Shown: piece by piece, positions 38,301-46,790 of the stretch
How positions within the stretch are numbered: the stretch's first letter is position 1
Layout of the letters: the number at the start of each line of letters is the position of its first letter
Source of the DNA: Rhizophagus irregularis
Lineage: Eukaryota
Length of the DNA stretch: 64,000 bases
Assembly: GCF_026210795.1 (NCBI RefSeq)
Contig: NC_089431.1
Span: forward strand, 682,001 to 746,000
Reading direction: 5' to 3'
Notes under the pieces: model-generated
Seen by the model: the letters and a program-made list of their open reading frames with translations, nothing else
What the model was told of the DNA's origin: nothing
Databases searched by the model: none
Translations under genes and position numbers: made by a program

Positions 38301-38867
38301 AATAGTTATTGATTCCTTTTCTTCTAACCATCCTTCAAATTTTGCAAATCTTATATCCAGTTCGTCATCTTCTATAATATACTTATATGTTAACAATTCT
38401 CTATTTCCTAATAGATTCTCTTCTGCTCGATCGTCTAATATAAACTCATTATCTTCACTCAATATGTAATGTTCACAGATCACTTTCATCACTGATATAA
38501 TTCCTATTTTTCTGTAGTCCGGTTTATTTCTGTACCTTATTGATCTTATGACTACATCCAACAGTTTTTCTCCTTCTTTTCTCATTCTCTCTAATTCTTT
38601 ATTTCTTTTCTTTTTACTAGATGGATAACTTTCTTCCCCATCCTTTCTTGTTAGTCTTATGTACTCCATTAATTTTGTATGTGTATTCCTGTTATAACTC
38701 ATTGCTTCTAATATTACCTTTTGGAAAATCTTCCAAAACTTTTTAAACCAATCTTCTATCTCTATTCCGTCGGTACTATAACATTTTAGGCATGAAGGAT
38801 CTATTTGATACTCTTCTCTCGATTCATTATGTTTTTCTATTTCGTGTCTATTTTTAATCTCTTCCAA
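35337..38867 (-). CDS. gag: Gag polyprotein with an N-terminal extension of about 640 aa, capsid domain and CCHC zinc knuckle
   Basis: Capsid motifs (IPLFYG, LRGAAAQW, KQGINENVDDY, YIEGL) and CFRCNRRGHFATRC. The start codon is uncertain because the ORF opens at TTG. Confidence 0.88.
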   Translation of the reverse strand: MEEIKNRHEIEKHNESREEYQIDPSCLKCYSTDGIEIEDWFKKFWKIFQKVILEAMSYNRNTHTKLMEYIRLTRKDGEESYPSSKKKRNKELERMRKEGEKLLDVVIRSIRYRNKPDYRKIGIISVMKVICEHYILSEDNEFILDDRAEENLLGNRELLTYKYIIEDDELDIRFAKFEGWLEEKESITIKNKGYGTMRYFKEILHLEENIVEEENRGKIRKFQKSITYQWWDRNKYPKPWMNDKLTDKIIEKIVETKGFVEEQSDAGELEMSDDLGESSSNEGDEHIERIYRNYWLENDYEIDIEEIRRIINFRVEYEIIKTKEFMSFYKTIEELDDKGIKEELRIWHYMYTIECPICNKMTLKKEAVKYDKEFTGEICKSCSEKEKNDVSEAELRAKKIQKVCEGVEVGVTEGEILRMINMGYTDGEILNWKFIKLFQENKNELEGVIKEILDKYLKEQIETEENNEEENVKDENELDDETEIEKRLEQLKNLIKVMKMEVSDGELLRLISMGYTDGEILDKEFIEIFQENKNESEKELKKKLDKLLKEQVGIVDSDEKSDNEESEEDNTDESEKIGEMLDPEEHEIWEENTESFNENKFESKNENIINTEGFGLSQNSDSNNSLNIKDSDIENSDTESEENILLNMATEIQIKRLMENALGYPANTLDGVVGVGAHLIDRIENAGNEAGGIINIPLFYGKEEEDVSDWIRQFEVAFAAIGKAAGPDGGRQATFAAAHLRGAAAQWYHEMREANAGHLVNWADADNDNDLKHRIKRRFTREDVRRRKMLELRKTKQGINENVDDYTRRFRQVLRLATRGHALADEYQVDFYIEGLEATVGYQVRRQNPANLNDAINLARREEEARNELFRKAGNIPDRVYPEIGKGYVEEQNVGTNVRHNKPLNENYEDELAEKFEKMRIAKLEKQVQNMERELNNNGNRDQWNQRRNNRAPINYDEITCFRCNRRGHFATRCPLGNNIRRNERRVNLMDIEEYEEDYDYENEESDDDYDHENNEYNNSQLYNYDRDLYEKDNPVQERRRSNRINPKQGWKNFGKPNLDKEIEERGKEEYKYRNRREVPMEEDVGDEQPMYDRPIGPNNTNIPKRYKWSKKRGEYYDTMEGINRWKEAGGKRRPREDKIIGVKSKDPVDYENLLNIVEQQGRMIKKMIRKGDKIE

Positions 38868-39371
38868 TTCATCATATATCAGACATCTTGGTTTATTTTA
38901 TTTACCTATTCACTTGCAAAATGATTTCATTTCATATTTCCATTTTATTTATATATATTTTTTTTTTTTTTTTTTTACTCGTATAGTAGTTATTCATTTA
39001 TCATTTCAATCTTTATTTCTTTTATATTTCCGTGTTTACAACTTTCTACTACATTTCTTTATTACCTCTTTTATTCCATTACTCGTAACTTAATATTCTT
39101 CTAACTTCATTAATTCCTAATTAGTTTAACGTCTTTCCGGACAATTATTTGTCCCTAAATTCTTATTATCTACATATTTCCTGTATTTCCATCTCAACCG
39201 CTTAATTTCATTACACTTATTATTCTTCTTATGGTATCCTTTTATTCCACCCATTATCTTCTAACGTCTTTTCGTATATTTATTTCATCCCTTAATATTC
39301 ACAATTTCTTATTTATTATTATTTTATTTCGTCATTATTCATTTTCTTTTACTTCTATAATAATCGATTAC

Positions 39372-39632
39372 TCAGCTTCTATTATCACTTGAATATCTAT
39401 CAATTATTCTAAATTTTAAATTCAACCATTTGATCTCATTTTTATCCCAATCTGCAATACACATTCCTTCATTTTCAAACCATTGTAGCGCATTTCCTAA
39501 TAAATGTGTCTTCGCAATCTTAAATATTCTTTTATCGTCCTCAATTCCTATCTTTGACAGATATTTTTCTACTTGATTCGTCCATTCTTTTGGATTTTCT
39601 CCTATTACGCCATAAAATATTGGTATCTCCAT
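39372..39632 (-). CDS. Stand-alone Gag capsid N-terminal-domain-like ORF (86 aa)
   Basis: EIPIFYG..GENPKEWTNQVE...AKTHLLGNALQWF...LKFRIIDRY aligns by eye with the element's own gag, NIPLFYGKEEEDVSDWIRQFE...AAAHLRGAAAQWY...LKHRIKRRF. Confidence 0.75.
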   Translation of the reverse strand: MEIPIFYGVIGENPKEWTNQVEKYLSKIGIEDDKRIFKIAKTHLLGNALQWFENEGMCIADWDKNEIKWLNLKFRIIDRYSSDNRS

Positions 39633-41102
39633 TTTAATGCCTTATTTTTATTTTCAAAATATAATTACACTTTTATCCTTTTTACAATATCAATCCGTAC
39701 TTTTTATAACTTATCCCAAATATTTTATTTCTTCATTTATCAATACTTTTCTTATTTATTACATGTACTTCTCATACTTCTTTTAATTTCATTTCATCTA
39801 CTGTGCCCTATCATGTGACTTATATTTTCTTCTATTTTCCTTCATTTTCTTTCTCTTAACACGTGATCTGTGTTACTCCAAAAATTATAAATACACCCCT
39901 TTTTCCTTTTAAATTTCAATTTTTCGCATTTCTTATTCTTATTCTACTGCATCAAGGTATGTATTATTTTATTCTTTTCGTCACTTTACTGCGCTTTGTG
40001 TAACCTACTTTATTTTTCTGAAAATAATCTAAGTCCACAATCTCCTCAGACCGGGGAGGTCTATATGTATTTTACTGCGCCTCATCACGTGACTTATACT
40101 TTCTCTTATTCCTTTTCTTATTCATTTATATATTTCTTATTAATCAGTCGTCCCTGCCCAGGGGCAACTATATATATACTCTTAATTTGCTATTTTCATA
40201 TTATAATTGGATAGCCACGGATTTTTAAGCGATCAACGTACTAAAATTTCTGTTGACAAACGCCCCTGGTGACACAACTATTTCTTTTCTATTATTCTCT
40301 TACTTGACCAGCAAGTTTCTTCAAAAATAAATTAATATGAGGGTTTAACACCGCTTTACCCACAACGTACAATAACAATAATGGGGGTTTCTTACAGTTT
40401 AACCCGCAACTTACAATCTAGAGGGTTTATTACAGCTTAACCCACAACTTACAATCTTATAGTGTTTTAAAGGTTCCCACATAACCACTAGTGTTTTTCT
40501 TGTAAGGTTCCCACGCAACCTCTTGGGTTTATAGTTCACCCGCAACTTTTCATTATTTCTTTTATTAGATTTACTTTCTTACCGTGAAATCTCAATACGG
40601 TCTTATTTTCTTCTATAGTCAATTATCGTGACTAACTTAGCTCCAATAATTCTTATAGAATTATCTCCTTTTACTTCCAGTAACCTATACTAGGCTTACC
40701 TCTACCTTCACATTGAAGTATGGTAGTTTCTAGGTTTGTCATTAACAACTTCTATTTCTTATTTATCAGGCTTATACATCGTTTAGTGTATTTTCTTTTA
40801 TTTCATGTTAGTCCTTTTTCATATACTTCTTGTTAGTCCTTTTTCATACTAACATATACTTCTTTCAACTTCTTATAATAAACTTCATAATTTCCTGATA
40901 AATCTCCTAATCACAAGCAATACACGCTTTGATTATCCTTCATTACTTGTACTTCTTTTATTTCTCATTGTACACTTAATAACTTTTTCTTTCTTTTATA
41001 CTCAAGTCCAGATCCTCCAGGAATACCACGCAGGTACCTAACTATATGAAGATAGTCAGAATGATCATATTCCATTTCTTTTATTCATTGATCATTTCCT
41101 TT

Positions 41103-41120
41103 CTCGAAAGCATTGCACCA
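41103..41120 (-). promoter_or_regulatory. Primer-binding site of the LTR element
   Basis: TGGTGCAATGCTTTCGAG begins 3 nt after the 5' LTR, and TGG complements tRNA CCA. The tRNA identity was not determined. Confidence 0.8.
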
Positions 41121-41123
41121 AAT

Positions 41124-41791
41124 TGTCACCCACGTCTGCCACCCGTGGATAAACACATCTTTCTCATTTAACTATTTTTCTCGTTACTTTGCTTGGTTTA
41201 GATTTTACTTTTCTTTTAACTTTTCGCTTTCCTTCTCATACATCCATAGTATTTATTCTCAATACTACCACTCATTCATAATATTCTCACAATATTATGC
41301 TGCCTGTAATATTTATTCTTTCAAATATTACCATCTTATTTCTTATAAACTGCGAGAGTTCTCCTAACTTCTTACATTTCATACAATAAAACGAGAATAA
41401 CTCCTTTTACTTTACTTTTCTGGATTTAATAATAATATTAATTAATTCTCAAGCGTACAATGAGCATATTCAAGATAACTTTTAATAATTAATATTTATT
41501 TTATTAAATTTGAGTCAAAACTGACTGCGGAATTCCTAACGAATCCCACCTATATTTATACATTTTTAAGAAAACTATTTCTACCATTTCTAACTTTTCT
41601 ACTAATAAAAATTTAAGAACAATAAGAAAATAAAGATGTATTATCATATGACTATCTCGTGACTAAACTAAACTAAACTATAAATATTATTTTATCGGTT
41701 AATTATTTATCCTTCGGTTAATCATTTATCCGTGTTCCATTCGGTCTTTTATTCATCCGCTCACGTGATTATCTGCATTTCTCGGGTTACA
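41124..41791 (-). repeat. 5' LTR (668 bp)
   Basis: Direct repeat of 30244-30930. By eye it differs at about 3 transitions and one 19-bp indel. Confidence 0.95.
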
Positions 41792-44053
41792 CCATGCAGG
41801 CCCAGTATTATATATTGAATCAGCAATATGTAATAGATAATGGTAGGAAATGAGCGCTGCTGGAAGTTGTGCAGAATTATTCTGAATATATTCTCTATTA
41901 AATGTTAAATATATAATTTAATGTCAAAGTTACGGATAAATGGATATGAAAGCATACAGTACTTTTCATAATACGTGATAAATTCACAAAATAACCTTCT
42001 AATTTCTGTTAATTCTTCCATACTGATAATATGTTTAAGGCAAAGCTTTGTTGCATGTACGAATTTTGCCCATCCATTTAAATGCCTAAATAAATTTAGC
42101 AAAATCTATCTATTAAATAACATCAAAAAATAATGTGCTTTTATCACTTACAAATTAAAACATTACCTTTCTGGAAGATAGCTTTGTAAAAGTGGAAGTG
42201 AATATAATACCACCCAATTCATCCAGTCTTCTGCCTTAAATCCAGCTGAATGTTGCTGAATATTAATAGGTGGACGACCAAAATCAAATGGCATATTTTT
42301 TCGATTTTTTTCCATTGTTTTTCCTATTTCTGTCCAATCTTTATTAGGAATGATATAATTAGAATCAAAGTCTTGATCATCTTTGAAAAAAATGCCAGAC
42401 CAATGCCGAAGCATTGCTGGTGCAACATTTTCAAACAACCCATGCATAATATCAACAGGAAAAGATACAGGAAATCTAATTGAGTTTAATTCAAATAAGA
42501 TGCTGCGGCCATTTACCCCTGTAAATATAAACAAGTAAGAATTGTTTATATGAATTTGCTAAATGTATTTAAAATAAATGTACCTCGATCTTGTATTTTA
42601 CGTTTACGTGATGATCCAGATGCATTTTTTACAACAGTAACATCACGTATATAATCTTCATGTGTTCTCAGCGGAAGGTTTTCAGAATTATACTGACATC
42701 CTGACATATTCATTGGAGGTTTAAGTGGAAAATATACATGTCGATTTCCTTGACAATATATTCCACGAATAGAGCAAAATCGGCATGCTTTATATGAATT
42801 ATGTCCTGTTGTATACATTACTTTGGAAAGTGCTGGGATATCACCAGAAATACTTAAAATGTGTGCATGGAGTGTAAAGGTATTTTCTGTTAAACCATCA
42901 ATACATTGAATACCTTCTGTATTGTTATTATGAAATAAAAATTAATATATTATATTAAATACATTATAATAAAAATAAGTATGCAAAACCTTGCAACTGC
43001 TTTAATTCATCGATTAGTGGCTGTAGAAAAGAGTTAAAGTTTTTTGGTGCTTTTGGTCCTGGAATAAGTGCAGAAACCATTAAATTTTCTCGCTTAACAC
43101 GTATATTAGGTGGTAAGTTTGCATTTATAAAGAGTATAACCCAACAATCATCTCTTTTTTGACGAAAAATTTGATATCCATCAATTGATGCCATTAGAGC
43201 TATATCCCGACAGTCTGAAAAGAAACCAGATGTGGCTAAAGTTTTGTATTGAAGGCCATCAAATACATCACCTATCTGATTACCAAGAGTATATTCATAA
43301 GTAGAAGTATAATTATATCTGTAACGAAGAATTTCTGCACGAGTTTTATCTTTATATTGGGTCTGAAATGAATCAATAAGTGACCAATAAGCAGCTTTTT
43401 TTCGAGATATTTGAGATTCTTCATCAACTTTATAACGTGGCTCTTTACATTCTGGACAAATATTTTTGTTAATAAGCTCGCCTGTGAACGCCACACATGA
43501 ATTTATACAACAATCTACAAGAGTTGGTTTTAATAACATAAAATTTCCAAGAAACTTTCGAAGTTTGTAAAGTGTAATTCCAGGAATTTCAAAAACTTTA
43601 AGAATTTCGTTAAATGCAGCTTCTGAAATATTGTGTTTATCTTTAATTTGAAGAAGCTGTAAACCTTTAATTAAGTTTTCTGAATAATTATTAGAATTTA
43701 TGCAAAATTTAAAATAAATTCATAATGTTTATTTACTGTAGCCTACCAAAATCTTCACATTCAATATTTTCATTTCCTTCCCTATTATTATTATATTCTT
43801 CATCTTCATCTTCATTTTCGCCATTATTGTATTCATCAGTTTCACTATCATAAATGTGTTCTTCTTCAATATTATTATCATTCTCTTCTTCACTATCCAC
43901 TATTTCAATCTGCTGATCATTTATATTATTCTCTTCATTGCTATAATCTTGATCTTCTAGAATATTATTATTAGGTGATAATGTCATTGGAATAGTTTGA
44001 GAAATAGAAGTAGCTAGGCATCGCTGAGTAGTATGAAAATGCCGGTTCTGGCT
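41792..44053 (-). pseudogene. CACTA Tnp2-family transposase, 5' exons
   Basis: DCCINSCVAF..CPECKEPRY, ASIDGYQIF, NANLPPNIR, IPGPKAPKNFNSFLQPLIDEL, SGDIPALSK..GHNSYKACRFC, PVDIMHGLFEN, GFKAEDW and YHYLLHIADSIYNTGPAW, separated by short introns. Confidence 0.88.
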
Positions 44054-44250
44054 CACCTACTTATCTCATAATCTAACCGTTTATTAATATTTTCACCTAC
44101 TTATATGCTACATATTTTATAACCTAAATCACCTTTTTTTATATTTTTACCTACTTATATCCTACTTATCTCATAATCTAAACCGTTTATTAATATTTTC
44201 ACCTACTTATTTCATAATCTAAATCATTTATTAATATTTTCACCTACTTA
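44054..44250. repeat. About five degenerate 40-bp tandem repeats at the left end of the Polinton-like element
   Basis: CACCTACTTAT(C/T)TCATAATCTAA..GTTTATTAATATTTT recurs near 44054, 44094, 44150-44161, 44200 and 44241. Confidence 0.85.
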
Positions 44251-44431
44251 CCCCCAACCGAACAAGAAATAGGATTTCAAAGCCAACGGAGCCAAAAAAG
44301 GTAAGGAAATATTAACCCATCCAGGAAACCAGCCATAGGGTCAATAGAGCGGAATAGCAAGGCAAGCAATTACCCTTATACCGAGAAAAAATGTAATTGA
44401 ATAAAAGGTTCACATATAAAAGACTTACAAG

Positions 44432-45115
44432 ATGTCACAATACAGACCATCACTAAGACGTATACTAGGTCAGTTTGAACTCAACATAGAAGAATGGGTA
44501 AAGGAAATAATGTGGTATTTAGATATAGCATATTTAAAAGCTTTAGATTCCGAATTTAGCAAAGAAAGTATGTTAGTATCTGGATTAGAAGAGCTAGTAG
44601 AAATATTTGATGAGATGTTAGAAGGTGATGATATATGGATACATCCATCACTTTTATCACGAATAAGATATTCTATTCTACCAGATGAGATGGCAATATA
44701 TGAAAGATTTTCAGATATCATTAAGAACTTCTCAGAGGATAAAGAATTAGCATATGCATTATTAGATTTAATAGAAATATTATCAAAAAAGAAACCTACA
44801 ACATTCAACATTATAGATTACAATATACAAAGAATATTCACGAATCCTAATGATGAATATAGAAATGAATTCAGCATCTACCATATTAAAGGAGATGAAG
44901 ATATGGACGAAGACACAGATGAAGACACAGATGAAGATATAGATGAAGTAGAGCAGAATGAATTCAATGAATACTATCAGAATCTTGCACCGACCACTGA
45001 GAGTCAGCTGGATAGACTAAAAAATGAGTTGGCTATAACTCTATGTGACGAATGTCTTATACCAACAAGAAGCCAGGAATGTGATTGCTGGATTTTACAA
45101 ATAGAGGGTTTCTAG
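44432..45115 (+). CDS. Hypothetical acidic protein (227 aa) with a C-terminal Cys cluster
   Basis: Intact intronless ORF with a DEDTDED tract and CDEC...ECDC. No family recognised. Confidence 0.65.
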   Translation: MSQYRPSLRRILGQFELNIEEWVKEIMWYLDIAYLKALDSEFSKESMLVSGLEELVEIFDEMLEGDDIWIHPSLLSRIRYSILPDEMAIYERFSDIIKNFSEDKELAYALLDLIEILSKKKPTTFNIIDYNIQRIFTNPNDEYRNEFSIYHIKGDEDMDEDTDEDTDEDIDEVEQNEFNEYYQNLAPTTESQLDRLKNELAITLCDECLIPTRSQECDCWILQIEGF

Positions 45116-45134
45116 TTCCCAGTGAAACCATTTT

Positions 45135-45926
45135 TTACCTCTCACAATCTGGAATAGGTACATCACAAATAAAAACCCCAAAATCATTCGGATTAGAAAA
45201 CAACTTCTGTAAGAACTTATAAATCATATCAGCAGCCAATTCAGTCTTAGTGCCAAATATATTAACCTTACCAGATTTAGGCCAGATGTGTACCCGAATT
45301 TTTGATGTGAAGACTATAACAATTTTAGAATGAATATCACCTGCATCATTCTTAATATACTTTATCGGAAAGGGGAGAATCTCACGAATACCATCTACAG
45401 ATTCTAAAGCATATGCTAAGGTAGAAAGATGAATAAACTTATTACTTCCGATATTAATCACAAATTTGTAATTACACAGGAGAGCCTTATTTCCACCTAC
45501 AAGTTCTACAGAAGAAAACTCAGGTAGGGAACATTCAGAAAGGTAACGTAAGAAGATAGCAACAGGATCAAAAGACCCGAAAACTTGTATACTACCAGAT
45601 CTAGGAAAATAACGAATGGTATGTACAGAATCAGCTAAAATGATAACAAACTCAATGCAAGCATTAAAAGTGCTACCATCCCCTGTACGTCACCGTCTAT
45701 TTAATGGATTGTCAGGTGTACTTCTTCTGCATCGTCTCTCACCTTTTGGTTTAGACAAGTACTGTTCATAACCCTCAAAAGCTTTATGAATAAAGTTGCT
45801 ATTAATGGCAATAACATCCTTAGTAGGTTCAAGCTTATGACCAAGCACGGTGTAATCAAGCCCTTCAACATTGATCTTAAATTCAGTAACAGTAAGAGAT
45901 GGAGTAAGTTCACTAAAAGTAAGCAT
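45135..45926 (-). pseudogene. Viral TATA-binding-protein-like gene (asfarvirus B263R-like), one in-frame TGA
   Basis: ORFs 45690-45926 and 45135-45461 are one frame: IAINSNF.H..EGYE...RR*RTGDGSTFNACIEF...RYFPRSGSIQVFG...CNYKFVIN...PFPIKYIK...IWPKSGKVNIFG...IYKFL...DVPIPD. The two-fold F/W-P-x-SG-x-I/V-x-x-FG repeat is TBP-like. Total length is 263 codons plus stop. Confidence 0.8.
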
Positions 45927-46030
45927 GTCTGGTTTTTTCTATTGATAGAAAAGAAATGTTCAAATTATTTTATCCTAAGAAAAAATCTAATTAAATAAAA
46001 CTTCTTCATCAATATCTCATATGAGATACC

Positions 46031-46543
46031 ATGACAAACAATAGCTTACCTTTCGAACTTTTAGAAAAGATATTCAAAACTTCATATGAAGGTACTTACT
46101 CCCGTTGGTATTGTCTTTGCAATTATGCATTAGTGTGTCGAAAATGGGCTGTAGTAGCAAACTCTCTCCTATGGGGTGAAACAGACCTTTATAACCGCTA
46201 TAATATTAAGGAGTTCCAAATGTACAAACATCTCACAAAACCAGGGACAGTATGTGGAAAATATATCAGAAAGCTTAATATGGATGAGGTAAAATTATGG
46301 CCCATTTGTATTGTAAAAATGCTACAAGCTTGTCCCAATATCCAGGAACTTAGCATAATAGATTATCAATACTATGGTGGAAAAGGTGACGTTAGAGATT
46401 TGCTAAGTGAAATTCTGCATATATTACCAAACCTTCGAATGATAGATATCAGATATAGTCGATATTTTAAAAATAAAAATGCCATTGAAAAACTCATAGA
46501 AACCCGTAAAGACCTAGAAATCAGAGTAACATGGCAAATGTAA
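46031..46543 (+). CDS. F-box protein with short LRR-like repeats
   Basis: SLPFELLEKIF...ALVCRKWAVVANSLLW (F-box), LQACPNIQELSI and LPNLRMIDI. Intronless. Confidence 0.82.
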   Translation: MTNNSLPFELLEKIFKTSYEGTYSRWYCLCNYALVCRKWAVVANSLLWGETDLYNRYNIKEFQMYKHLTKPGTVCGKYIRKLNMDEVKLWPICIVKMLQACPNIQELSIIDYQYYGGKGDVRDLLSEILHILPNLRMIDIRYSRYFKNKNAIEKLIETRKDLEIRVTWQM

Positions 46544-46559
46544 TATTTGTAAAGGCTAA

Positions 46560-46700
46560 TCACTGCCAAAAAATTTGGGCACTGCCCTGTTACTGCCCGT
46601 CACTGCCGAAAAAATTTGGGCACTATTCTGTTACTGCCCGTCACTGCTGAAAAAATTTGGGCACTGCCCTGTCACTGCCCACCACTGCCCATCATCGCTG
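46560..46700. repeat. Three 41-bp tandem repeats between the convergent F-box and Gag-protease genes
   Basis: CACTGCC(G)AAAAAATTTGGGCACTGCCCTGTTACTGCCCGT repeated three times. Confidence 0.85.
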
Positions 46701-46790
46701 CAGAAGTTTGGGAAACACATGGATTTTTCCTAGCAAGATGACGCTTTAACTTAGAGGGAAAGTCAAAACTTGCTCCACATAGATGACAGG

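Larger units (their letters stand above)
30244..41791 (-). mobile_element. Full-length Ty3/Gypsy LTR retrotransposon (about 11.5 kb)
   Basis: Two near-identical TG...CA LTRs. 4-bp TSD CCAT at 30240-30243 and 41792-41795. PBS TGGTGCAATGC just inside the 5' LTR, PPT GGGGAGGATAG before the 3' LTR. Order gag-PR-RT-RH-IN. Confidence 0.97.
29009..44053 (-). mobile_element. CACTA/EnSpm (CMC) DNA transposon, split by a Gypsy element and cut at its transposase 5' end by the Polinton-like element
   Basis: Terminus CCCTGTAAAAAA at 29009. A Tnp2-type transposase is found on both sides of the LTR element. The other end is not in the window. Confidence 0.75.

Noticed and set aside
41103..41120. tRNA gene
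   Set aside because: Only a short complement of a tRNA 3' end (the PBS). No cloverleaf was seen here, and no tRNA or rRNA gene was recognised elsewhere in the window.
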